Shown: positions 47,201 to 58,761 of the stretch, piece after piece
How the letters are laid out: each line of letters opens with the position of its first letter
Numbering within the stretch: position 1 is the stretch's first letter
NCBI GenBank assembly: GCA_048013815.1
Contig: CM106585.1
Span: forward strand, 2,542,001 to 2,606,000
Origin: Setoptus koraiensis
Lineage: Eukaryota; Animalia; Arthropoda
DNA length: 64,000 nucleotides
Direction: 5' to 3'
Notes under the pieces: model-generated
Told to the model about the DNA's origin: nothing
What the model saw: only the letters and a program-made list of their open reading frames with translations
Databases searched by the model: none
Position numbers and translations under genes: made by a program

Positions 47201-48078
47201 CGCGATTCATCTCTACAAAGAGTCATTACGCATTATTTATGAAATCCATTTTTGTCCCAAAGCTCACAACACTTGGTGTGCAGCTTAGACAAGAATGCAC
47301 GACCTCACATTGGTGTGTCAGTATCGTTCTGATGCTGCTAAAGAGGATATTTCCCTTACCACTCATTTAATGATTTATTTATATACACTTTCACTTCATG
47401 ACACACATTCTAATTTTGAATATTCTGCTAATGCTGCTGCATTGCACATGAGGTTATACATTATTTATATCAGAATACTTAGAATCTCTTTACACACATA
47501 AAAGAAAGCAACCTTTTTGTTTTTATCTCTGAAATGCAGTTATTCTTTCAGATTATCATCACGGACACTGTTGGACCCACTCATACTTAGTAATGACAAC
47601 CTGTGTATACGACCTGACCATCTAATATCTAAGAGAACATACCCAACACACAATATCCAAATTGTATTCATTCGACAAACATGGAATGAACTCGTCTACA
47701 CACAATCTTGTCATTTTCATCAACAACAATCGGACCTGAGGAATTTATATTTCGTTGGATTGCAAATAGAATCAAATTTTGTTTCTTTTTTATTGCTTTC
47801 AGATACATTATTGTTCAATATAACCAAGTAAACGAATGGGGATATAAAGGAAACCGTCCAGCTGTTTTGTTAGAATTTGCAAGATTGTAGGCATATATAT
47901 TATACTATAATCGAATGGCACGTAGCTCCCTAGAGGTGATTTAGAATTGATATCTAGTATTCCTAATACTGGGAAACCTATAGAAACATATTTGTAAATT
48001 AGTGTGATCCAGCAAAGCCTTTATAAATGTACCGTCGAAATCGTTATTTGAATAGAGAAATATTATTTACAATCTATC

Positions 48079-49428
48079 ATGACAAATAGTTCGTACTTCG
48101 CGAGTATTACGAAATTCGAAGCTGGACGTCAACATGAAATAATTGAAAGCCACAATAACACTAATACTCATACTTACGACCATTCTGATATCAGCAATCA
48201 TGAAATAAGTTCTGTGTATCCGTACAATCAGACTATTGATTTTGTAGAAAAGTTTACATCATTACCAACAGCAGCGACATCGGATATAGCCAAGAAACGT
48301 TGGTCTCTCTTGGCTCAAGCAGTTAGACATGGACTCACGAAACAAAATCTAGAAAAGTCTATTGTCAAGCAGGTAACTAGAACGAAATGTGAAGACGATA
48401 TTTCGTGTTTTTACAGTCCAGCTGGCCTGTTTACTTGGACCAAACTAAATACCTCACAAACAAACTACAATATCTCAACACTGCCTTTGGAACAGATGAC
48501 AGTTTATACGGGGCCGAGTAAAGGAATATTATCATCAACTTCTTCATCACTAGGTACCCCATCTAGCGATTATGACGATGATAATAGTGAAAAGTCTACC
48601 TTTGAGTCAGCAAACTCTATCAGCTCAGACTTGAGCATCGGCTTCCAGAAGCACGTTGGATTAGGATATCAGCAAAACCAGTCAAATAGTAATATTTCAA
48701 CGGAAACCTGTATTTGGTTCGAGTGCAGATATCCCAAAATACCAGATCTAGTCTTAAGAATATGCCATATAATTAAAGAAATGACCTTTACAGATTTAGT
48801 TGAAACATTCGACAACACAGGAAACGTGAAGATCTGGCCATCGGAGGAAGCGCTGGCTTACTATGCGGTCAATGATAAACAATTGTTCACCAACAAGACA
48901 ATTTGCGAGCTAGGCGCTGGGATGGCCGGCCTGGCGTCATTGGCTATCGCTTGCGTCACCAACATACAGAGTATTTACATAACTGATGGAAACGAAAGAT
49001 GTGTCGCAAATATTGAGCTCTGCATTGAGGAAAACGCTGGCAATCTTAAGAGGGGAAACAATGTCTTTGCTAGACAACTCAGATGGTCTAATAAGAGCGA
49101 CTACAACGATTTGATTGGTAAAATAGATTTAATAATTTGCTCTGATTGTTTATATCTAGATAAAAGTCGCTCCCAGTTAGTTGAAACTATATCTCATCTA
49201 TTAGCCAAAGATGGTGAAGTCATAATCATAGCTCCAAGTCGAGGTTCTTCGTTAGATAGATTCATCAATATTGCCGCATCGTCTGGATTCAAAGTGAAAA
49301 AAGTATACAACTACATAAACGAGCTTTATGAGACACATCAGAGTCTACTGAAGTCTAATCTCGGCTATCCAACAAGGATTGAGAATATTAAAGATAAGTA
49401 TCCTATAATGATTAGGTTAAAAAAATAG
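48079..49428 (+). CDS. CAMKMT: Calmodulin-lysine N-methyltransferase, intronless
   Basis: AKKRWSLLAQA, FDNTGNVKIWPSEEALAYY, SAM motif ICELGAGMAGLA, ITDGNERCV, LRW, DLIICSDCLY. Confidence 0.9.
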   Translation: MTNSSYFASITKFEAGRQHEIIESHNNTNTHTYDHSDISNHEISSVYPYNQTIDFVEKFTSLPTAATSDIAKKRWSLLAQAVRHGLTKQNLEKSIVKQVTRTKCEDDISCFYSPAGLFTWTKLNTSQTNYNISTLPLEQMTVYTGPSKGILSSTSSSLGTPSSDYDDDNSEKSTFESANSISSDLSIGFQKHVGLGYQQNQSNSNISTETCIWFECRYPKIPDLVLRICHIIKEMTFTDLVETFDNTGNVKIWPSEEALAYYAVNDKQLFTNKTICELGAGMAGLASLAIACVTNIQSIYITDGNERCVANIELCIEENAGNLKRGNNVFARQLRWSNKSDYNDLIGKIDLIICSDCLYLDKSRSQLVETISHLLAKDGEVIIIAPSRGSSLDRFINIAASSGFKVKKVYNYINELYETHQSLLKSNLGYPTRIENIKDKYPIMIRLKK

Positions 49429-51557
49429 AATATTAAAAGTAAAAATAGTCTTCTTTGTTGTCTACAATTTCAAGGTATTTAGCTCAATTGTTACAATTCG
49501 AATTGTAGTATAACTTTTTGCTAGGATATCGTCGTTTCCTAATGTCATGAAGGAGAGGAGAGTTCAAGATTGGCATTTCTACTATGAGGATGATGTCGAA
49601 CTTCAGAACAGTGTCTCAGGGTGACGGGTAATTTGAGGGACTGGAGGAGGCCCTCTCTGATCACGGCACTTCAATCGTTTTTCCTGTCTACATCTGCATC
49701 TCATTATTTCGAATGATTGCCCGCTCGATCTCACCAAGTCACCTCCTATGTCTTAGGAAGTATTTCACCCCGAAATGCTCTTGGGGATTATCGAGTTGGG
49801 GGCCCCAACTTTGGGAAATGGGCTTGTATTTGGCGCCACTGATCAATTAATGCGCATGCGTTTCTGCGGGTCTTTGTGTGTTCGACGAACACTGTTCTGT
49901 GGAGAGAGAGAGAGAGAGAATTTGGGATCGAGAGAACTGCATCGCAATGCACAGCTTATATAGGCGCACACAATGGGTAAGTATACCTAGGTTCGAAATT
50001 CGCCGTGGTTGTATGGTGTGTGCATTCTGCAACAGGTAAAACTACGTATATTGTTAGCAAAGTGGTAGTTATGACAAATGTATGCTCTATTTTTGTTGAC
50101 GGCCGGTGCCTTGATCATCATCGGGCGTTAGAATGTATAACGCAAGCCAGCCTGCATTCGGGCAGACAGGCAGGCAGCCGAGCAGGCTGGCACAAACAAG
50201 GTGCTGAGTCTGTGCTTACGGTACTGTTACACATTGAGCACCACTGTGAGTAGTGTACCATTGTGCCGCTCGTCGGCGAGCGTGGTCTTGTAAAGTCTAG
50301 ACTCTAGACTCTACTCACTGCACTAGTAATGCAGGTAGGAAGATAGAGCATAGTCCTGACGTACCGTTTATGAAGGCGCACACTAGCTAGTTTACGGGTT
50401 CGCATTTGCACAACATTCGCATTCGTCATCGTCCATTCGACGACTCATTCTCTGTGCGCAGAGAGCACACACACACACACACTCATACTAGGTTCAGCGT
50501 ATAGCCTATATGGTGAACACTGAAATGCAAAGAATGAACGAGAGAATCATACACACACAGAGATAGGGAGAGAGAATTGGTTTTTGTCATCGATTTTTTG
50601 CCTACTGCACCACAACCACCAGCGCTACAGCTACCACTGAAATTAACTACTCTGTAGTATACATCTTTTATTTGCCGTCTAGACTCTAGACTACTATCTT
50701 CCGACGCAATCTTCATCGTTTTTGTCGTCGTTGTTGCTATTGTTGTTGTTATACCATTACAACAAACCGATTGTATTATTATTACTATTATCATTATTAT
50801 TATTACCATTATCATCGGCAGCGACGACCATCGATTATTAATACTCATATTGTAATTTTTATTATTATTATAACTATTACTATTATTATTACCTCAACTA
50901 CTATTATCATTGATTTATTTCATAGATCTGATTGAAACAATTATTCTTCTATTATTTACAATTATTCACATTTATTCTCATGGATTCACAATAACTGCAA
51001 GCTCCATTTTCTTTTTATTAGTTCACTAGAATAGACCCAGATTTATACACACAGAGAGCCATCGAATAAATTGATATTATTATTATTGTCCTCTCGCCCC
51101 ACCACACAGCTTCCATCGTTCGATATACTATTGCAATTCACACAATCCGATTATATCCTTTTAGCGATATATTGTGAGCAACCATCCAAGCCTCTCACAG
51201 TCCACTATTCAGTTCACTTTGGCCAATCACAACTCATCAAATGAACCCCGTTTACCGAACATTGCCGAAACATTGATATCTTTGAGTGCCTTACAAGAGT
51301 CATAACAAAACATTTATTTACACACCATTGCTAGATATCATCAATACAACGTCATCTTAATTTACTCAACAACAACATCCATTTCAAACAGCGATAAACA
51401 ATCCTATCACATCGTATTCTTCTAAATACATGCTTTAGCCATAGACCAATTTCCAACTGTTGATATTTTTTCAATTTTTCAGTGCTTTACACACTCAAAC
51501 ACACACTCTTACACAACTTATAGATAAGAAAGCATCAAGCATCAACTTAGGTCAACC

Positions 51558-52923
51558 ATGAATAACAAATTTGAATTGAGAATAGACGGCACATTCAGGC
51601 TCGGACGCAAAATAGGATCGGGCTCATTCGGTGCCATTTATTTAGGAACGGATATTAACAGCGGCCGAGAAGTAGCCATTAAGCTAGAGTGCATGCGAAC
51701 CAGGCATCCTCAACTCCATATCGAAAGTAAACTATTGAGCCACCTAGCTGGAGGCCCTGGTATACCTCAAGTTATTTGGAGTGGCTCAGAGGGCGACTAC
51801 AATGTGATGGTGATGGAATTATTAGGACCAAGCCTCGAAGATCTTTTCAACTATTGTGCTAGAAAATTCTCTGTCAAAACAGTATTACTTTTAGCCGATC
51901 AAATGGTGAGTTTCCATGCTGAATTTCTTTCATACAAGCTGAACCAAAACAAATTTTTACCTATCTTGATATTTATCCTCTTTTGTGTATCTTCTTTTAA
52001 CTATTACAGCTCGATCGAATCAAATATATTCACAAAAAAAATTACATTCATCGAGATATCAAACCTGACAATTTCCTAATGGGTTTAGGCAAGCAAGGTA
52101 ATAAAAAGTCCAGTTCTTTATCTCTTATCCATCAGTAATCTTTAATGAATCAAAACTAACCTCTCTTCCAACTGTCTCGTCATCTTCCAGGCAACCTTGT
52201 CTATCTGATTGACTTCGGTCTGGCTAAACAATACCGGGACTCCAGACATCGCCACATTCCATACAAGGAAAATAAGAATCTGACCGGAACAGCTCGTTAT
52301 GCGAGTGTTAACACTCATCAGGGAATAGGTATGTAACAATGCCGTATATTTTCTTCACATATTCTAGCCTCGATAATATTAAACTAATTCTCTCTTTCTC
52401 CCTCTCTAATTGAACAGAACAAAGTAGAAGAGATGATCTAGAATCCCTAGGTTACGTCCTTATGTATTTCAACATTGGAGCTCTACCATGGCAAGGTCTT
52501 AAGGCTGGTAATAAGCGACAGAAATATGAGAAGATATGTGAGAAAAAATTATCTACTTCAATCGATGAACTTTGCCGCGGGTATCCGCCAGAATTTGCCA
52601 CATATATCAACACATGCAGAAATTACAAGTTCGATGAGGAGCCAAACTACGATCACCTCAAGGCCTTATTGAAAAATCATTTAGACGCATATTATGAGTA
52701 TGATTATGTATTTGATTGGAACATGATGAGGTTTGGAAATAATGACGGAAACAATCGAGATCAATATACAAGTAATAGAAGGGAACTACCGGTCGAACCA
52801 AATACACCCCACGAGCAGCACAATAACAATCACCACAATAATAATGTCACGAATCATCACGATCATAACCTCAGCATGACCCGTCATAGTACATTATCTA
52901 ACTTCTACAACCCACAATCTTAA
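51558..52923 (+). CDS. dco: Casein kinase I delta/epsilon (doubletime-like); exons 51558-51905, 52010-52097, 52191-52328, 52418-52923
   Basis: [76 protein letters not shown]. Three GT-AG introns restore the frame. Confidence 0.93.
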
Positions 52924-53075
52924 CTCATTCTGACATGGACGTATTTTTAATTTATATTGAGTAGTTTTTTAAATTGTAAAGTTTTATTCATATGAGACTT
53001 AAAGTGACTGTAGAATCAAGTAACCTATGCTAATTAGAACAAGTATAAGGAAATCTTATCTCATCAAAAAATTAA

Positions 53076-55822
53076 TTACGTTGTCCGGTTTTGTCTTTGG
53101 AAAAGCGAGTTAGTACCCTGGTCTGTATTCTTTCGTGTCATACAAGCATCCACATGATCTCGGCTGAAATGGGTGAACTTGACGCACCAAACAGATTCGT
53201 CTTCGAGGAATTGAATAACCTGTTCATTGGCGACCACTTTCACGGAACATATTCCTCCTATAAGCAATCTGTTGATCCTTTTAATACACACTCTTTCATC
53301 ATGCTGAAAATCTTCCAACCTACCGAGGACGTCGTCAGCAGACTCAATAGCTGAACTATCATGGTGAACACCTTTACCCTGACCAATAGTACGTTTCTCG
53401 TTACTTGATGTAGAGTTTGATAATAGATATCGTCCGTTAGTTGTTTTAGACTCAAAACAATTATTGCTCATCGAGTATGAATCTAGAGAACTAGTAGTAG
53501 ACATTGTACCAATGCTACATTTTGAACTATCTTGTGTATTTAGATATTCTTTGAATGTTTCAGCTAATTCCTTGATCAATTCATCCAATGTCAATTGGTG
53601 CAAATATATCGGATGAAAAACATCACTAGTCTCGTAATTGGCGTACAAAATGCGTCTAGGTCTTATTGGTCTATTATGAAGGCAATTATACAAGCGAATC
53701 CCATCTATGAGTCCACAAATTTGTATGAGATCTGATCTGAATAGACGTAGAATGTCTGAACCGCAATAATTGCTAAATGTTCGTGCTAAAAAGCCAAATC
53801 TATTTGTGTTCAGCCAAGAGATTAATTCATGGCAACTTGATGAAGCTAACACAAATTTTGGGCCCTCTGAGTTGTGGAGTCGATCATTCTGATGATGCAT
53901 CGTTTTTTCATCGTTCGTTGATCTTAGTTGGTGAAGTTTGCTCGTTGGCTTGGAGTATGGTTTTTCTCGTGAATTGTAAAGTGATGTTTCGTTGTCCTCG
54001 TTCTCTGAATTTGTATATGCATTAGATCCTGCGGAATCTGAGTGATTTCTGTTAATCGTTACATGATTGGAATACTCAAAATAGGATCCCTGATGATGAT
54101 TTTGCTCGTAGTCGTGTCCATTGTATTTGGACAGTTGTGAATTGTGATTGTCCATGGAAGTAAAAGTTTGATTTTTATTTAACTTTGAAAATAAATCATT
54201 ATTATTGAAGGATTGATTATCACTAAAGTTGTTGTGGTCGTTGCCCGCTGTGTGGTTGGTTTGGCAGTTAGCTATGGCATTGGTTGGATTGGGACTAGTG
54301 TACTGGTGATCATTTGAATTCATATTATTATTATTATTCATGGAGGATACTGAGTGGGGCCACATATTAGAATCGTAGTTGGATGGCAGCTCTCCATCAG
54401 ATGTCTCTATATCATCCATGGTATTATTAGTAGTTACTTTTTCGTGCGGCATAAGTAGCGAGTGATAAATAGGATTATAATCATTTGAATTTTGACATGT
54501 TTTACCTTTATGAATATGACTAGTTATTTGGTGCGATTGACTATGGTGGCGATGATTATGAGTCATGTCAGTATCACTGGTAGAACCTTCTCTAATTGAT
54601 GCTACTGTGGTTGGTGCAGTCGCGCAATTACGAGTTCCTGTCTGTTCTTCTCGATTATTGTTATTACTATTGCTACATCTACCGCTGCTAATAGGGCTAC
54701 TGTCACTATCATTGTTATCGTTATTACTAGTATCATTATTATCGCTGTTGCTGTTATTGATATTGTCGTTATTGCTACTGTTGTTGTTGTTGTTGTTGTT
54801 AGTATTATTGTTATTATTACTGTTGCTATTACTGCTGTTGTGAATAGGTGTGGTAGTAGTAGTGGTTGTTATTGTTGTCACTGGTGGCACACTACAGATT
54901 GTAGAGACAGGTGTGCTAGAAAGGCTGGTTGTGGCAGTGCAGATCTGTTTAGACCCAAAGTGTCCGTGACTGTGTCTATAAATGTCCATCGAACCATTTA
55001 CTGGATGTAGGGATATTATTGAGCATTCTTTAAATTTGGTCGAGTCACACGATTGATGATATTTCTCTTGTTCAATTGGAGGACGCTTGTGGACTTTATC
55101 GCGATCCGAGCGTATCTTCCTTTCGGCCCCCTTGGGTTTGAAAACTTTGATCTGACAACAAGCCGCCGATATAAAATAGGAATCATGTGTCTTGCTATTG
55201 TAGGAAAAAGTCTCTATGGCCAACTTGAAAGGTACGCCCTTCTCGCCACCATGTTTCTTCGGTGTAAACTCAGTACTTATTGAGTTAATTCGTATAAATA
55301 CGCCCGCAGTTTTACTTGAATCCCACAAGAATTCATATTTATTCAAACCATCGGATTCGACACCAAATACGTTGTAGGACAGCATCATATCAACAGAGAA
55401 TATTTTCTCATTTGGGTGTTGATGGCTCCATTGTTGCCATAATTCATTCTCTATTGGTTGCATATGTCTTTCATGAAATCCCATGTTTATTATGCAACAC
55501 ATGAAGCCACGTTTAGCCTCAGAAGAGTCTGTCACATTTTCCAATTTTATCTCATAGGCTTGACCTTGATTGAGATATGTCATTGTCTCCTCAGTTATTT
55601 TAGTCGCCATAGATGTTGGAGCCATGAGGGTATAATGAAACTTTTGTTTCGAATCTGCACCTGAATTACTTTCTTGGCTAGCGTAACTAAAGTCATTTTG
55701 TTGCGGTTGGTGATGCTGGTGATGTTGCTGCTGGTGATGTTGTTGCTGGTGATGTTGATGGTGGTGCTGATGTTGATGTTGCTGTTGCTGATGAGGTTGA
55801 TGCTGCTGATGAGGTTGATGAG

Positions 55823-55865
<43 letters not shown>

Positions 55866-56180
55866 GTGATGTTGATGTTGCTGGTGATGATGGTGTTGTT
55901 GTTGCTGCTGCTGGTTGTGGTGATTCTGGTGTTGTTGCTGGTGTTGGTTGTGGTGATTCTGGTGTTGCTGCTGGTGCTGGTTGTGATGATTCTGGTGTTG
56001 TTGCTGGTGCTGGCTGTGGTGGTTGTGATGGTGCGGTTGATGATGATAGTCTTGATGTTGATGACTTAACCTACCATTGGATTGATGATCACTATGGTGT
56101 TGACTATGATATTGATCATGACTACTAATAACTGCAAAATCTGTTGCCAATTCATCGTCTATCTCGTCCTGCCAATTCAT
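53076..56180 (-). CDS. gem: CP2/LSF-family transcription factor (gemini/TFCP2-like) with SAM domain, intronless
   Basis: CP2 domain TMTYLNQGQAYEIKL and STEFTPKKHGGEKGVPFK, CQIKVFKPKGAERK; SAM-like segment WLNTNRF...SDILRLFRSDLIQICGLIDGIRLYN; long Q/H and N tracts. Confidence 0.92.
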
Positions 56181-57706
56181 TTTGAATCCTATTTGAATGA
56201 CAATTTCTTCTTATGATGATGACCAACACAATATTTTTTTTTTCTTTTATGATCTGCGACTACCCAAATACTAGACGTTGTTGGGAGTCGAAAACTAGAG
56301 AGCACGAATTCTTTTAATCTTCTTTTGACTGATGGCGACCATCGAGAGAGAGTGCTCTAGACGTAGCATATCAAGAAATCTGTGTCTCCTTTGTTGAGGT
56401 GAATGATATGTTTGATGCTGAGATGCATTTTAGATCCAAACAATTGTAGATTTCATTGATAATTGGATACATATATACATACATACTCAGACGATATCAA
56501 ATTAGAGAGGCTGTAAAAGCAACTGACATCAAACTGAATTGTAGCCCTCGCTGCTATTTGTTCAGACGGACTCGACTAAAATAAGAATACATGACAGCAC
56601 AAGCAAATGTTTTTGTAGTTATGAATTCTGTCATACATTTATTTATACATACATATCTATCTGTTTATGACTTTGTTTGACTAAGAATATTAATGCAAGT
56701 ATATTGATTTGATTTATCTTTAGAAATCAGAGGCAGCACAACCAACGCCATATGAAGTGATTCAACTTGTTTTCGTTGTGCGCGACAATCAATGACTAAT
56801 TTGTAAATACTTAAACGCATATGCTCAAATCACGATACTTTAACAAATATGATACGAAAGCTCATCTCACTCAATACTAGTAGACATGTTTTATCTGATG
56901 TATCATCTGCTAGGATGTGGTGATAAATCAATGTATACAAAACGAAGGGAAGCAGAAATTTTGATCAGATAATTAACTGAAGATGATTTCCTAGCGGTTG
57001 TGAATGTGAGTACAGCGAAACATTCGTTTTGTGTCTGCCCATTGATATCGTATACTATATCTGGCTGACTAATTATCATCACTTCTATCATGCTAGTTTA
57101 GGTATCCAATTATTTACTTGTTGTCAAGATATCAATCGAAGGATGCGCCACCTATTGTCACCGATCATGTTACAGTTCTACAGAGTGGCATAGATCAATT
57201 GGAGGTGTGATAAATTATTATGATTGAATTCGATTGCGGTTCACTCCATGAAAGGTGGTTTACAAAGATGACCCTTCTCCTTCAATAGTTCAGTATTCAC
57301 TCTATCATTCACTATACTATCGTATTATCATTAATACAAACCTTTGAAATCAATTATATGAGCATGGTTTAATTATCGTGAAAACAATTTAGTGATAATT
57401 TAGTATTGTGGTAAATACCTGGTGGTACTCTCGCATGCATGTATAACCCAACCTAATTCTGGACTGTTCAACCAATCAAGCATCGAAGTATAGAATAACC
57501 AAACAATTATAATTTGACAGAGACAGAGCGGAAAATCATAGTCACAAGAGAATATATCAACGTCATGGTGAGCTAATCAAGCGCTCGATTGTTTGTCAGT
57601 TCAACTAGGCCAAAGATCATTTGTTATTGCAACATGGACAAATGTATTCCACAAATATATGATTGTTTTCAGTATCATTCATTCATGAAGAGCCCATGAT
57701 TTTATA

Positions 57707-58252
57707 TCAGAAATCAACTGATGAAACTTTGTGTACATTATGGTGGCTTTCTCTAATACCCAGCCTGACCTGAGTCATAAGCTCTACGACGATCTCGTGC
57801 AATTGTTGTCCATCAATTTCTGTTTCCAATATATTCTCTCTATCAGAGTCTTGGTAGTTGCGTTCAATGAGCTCCACCAATGCTCTGTACAGTCCTAACG
57901 CTTTATTCTTGAATGATGACATCCCTTGGAATTTGATGAACTTGTCTTCATGCGAACCCCTTACCAACTCCATTTGATGGAGAACACGCGAGTGAAAATC
58001 TATCCATTCTTGTTGACCAATGACAGACTCCGATAGGCCTGTCGTAACAATATCACCTATTTGTTTGTATAGCTTTGGGATGCTTTTTACATCTTGAACA
58101 TCATTTAATGTTTGTTCTATCAATTGCAATCCCAATCTGAATGGATCCCTACTAGCTTGTAGTGGTGAAATTCTCGAACCAGATTCGCACATCAACAAGT
58201 TGTGGAAGAAAACGAATACAACTATTGTCATTACCACATTCATTCTGGACAT
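57707..58252 (-). CDS. Hypothetical secreted 181-aa protein
   Basis: ATG-initiated, stop-free ORF. Hydrophobic N-terminus (VVMTIVVFVFFHNLLMCES) followed by an amphipathic, helix-like body; no recognised family. Confidence 0.7.
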   Translation of the reverse strand: MSRMNVVMTIVVFVFFHNLLMCESGSRISPLQASRDPFRLGLQLIEQTLNDVQDVKSIPKLYKQIGDIVTTGLSESVIGQQEWIDFHSRVLHQMELVRGSHEDKFIKFQGMSSFKNKALGLYRALVELIERNYQDSDRENILETEIDGQQLHEIVVELMTQVRLGIRESHHNVHKVSSVDF

Positions 58253-58761
58253 TTTGAGTTTACTTAGTTCTGAATTTGCACAAAATGTATTATACTTGCT
58301 AACTATTGGAGAAAAACGACAGTGGACAATTTGATATAGTCGGATGGCGGAGCTCTAAACCAATGATGACAATTGTGAGAATGCAATAGAAAAGTTCCGA
58401 CCACCCGTATGAGTTTGAGCTTTAGGACTAATTATTTATAGAAGAAAACACCTACATGATATTAAGTTCAGTCGTCTATCTTATCTTTCTATTAACTTCA
58501 CAGATATGAGAGAATGTTCGATCATGTGAGGCAGATCGTTATCTTCAATCGACCCCCACGAACTTTTGTAAATTTGTACCTTTCTGATCACTACTTGATT
58601 CTGTGAATTTATTATGACTAACATCTAAACCCATAGGCAAAATGAGTTTCGTCCTACTTTATTCATATGAATTATCTAATCCTTTGTTACAAATTGTGAA
58701 GACTTGTAATACAGGAACCTCGGAAAATATAATCGATCATACATATAATCTCTGTCTGTGA

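Noticed and set aside
47708-47890. Possible terminal exon YIIVQYNQVNEWGYKGNRPAVLLEFARL after a strong acceptor
   Set aside because: Upstream frames are full of stops and no coherent gene model could be built.
50483-50848. 121-aa minus ORF with a signal-peptide-like start
   Set aside because: Hydrophobicity comes from ATT/AAT microsatellites; composition looks non-coding.
54565-56069. Poly-Leu/Val/Met plus-strand ORFs (54565-54843, 55674-56069)
   Set aside because: Antisense to the gemini Asn and Gln/His tracts.
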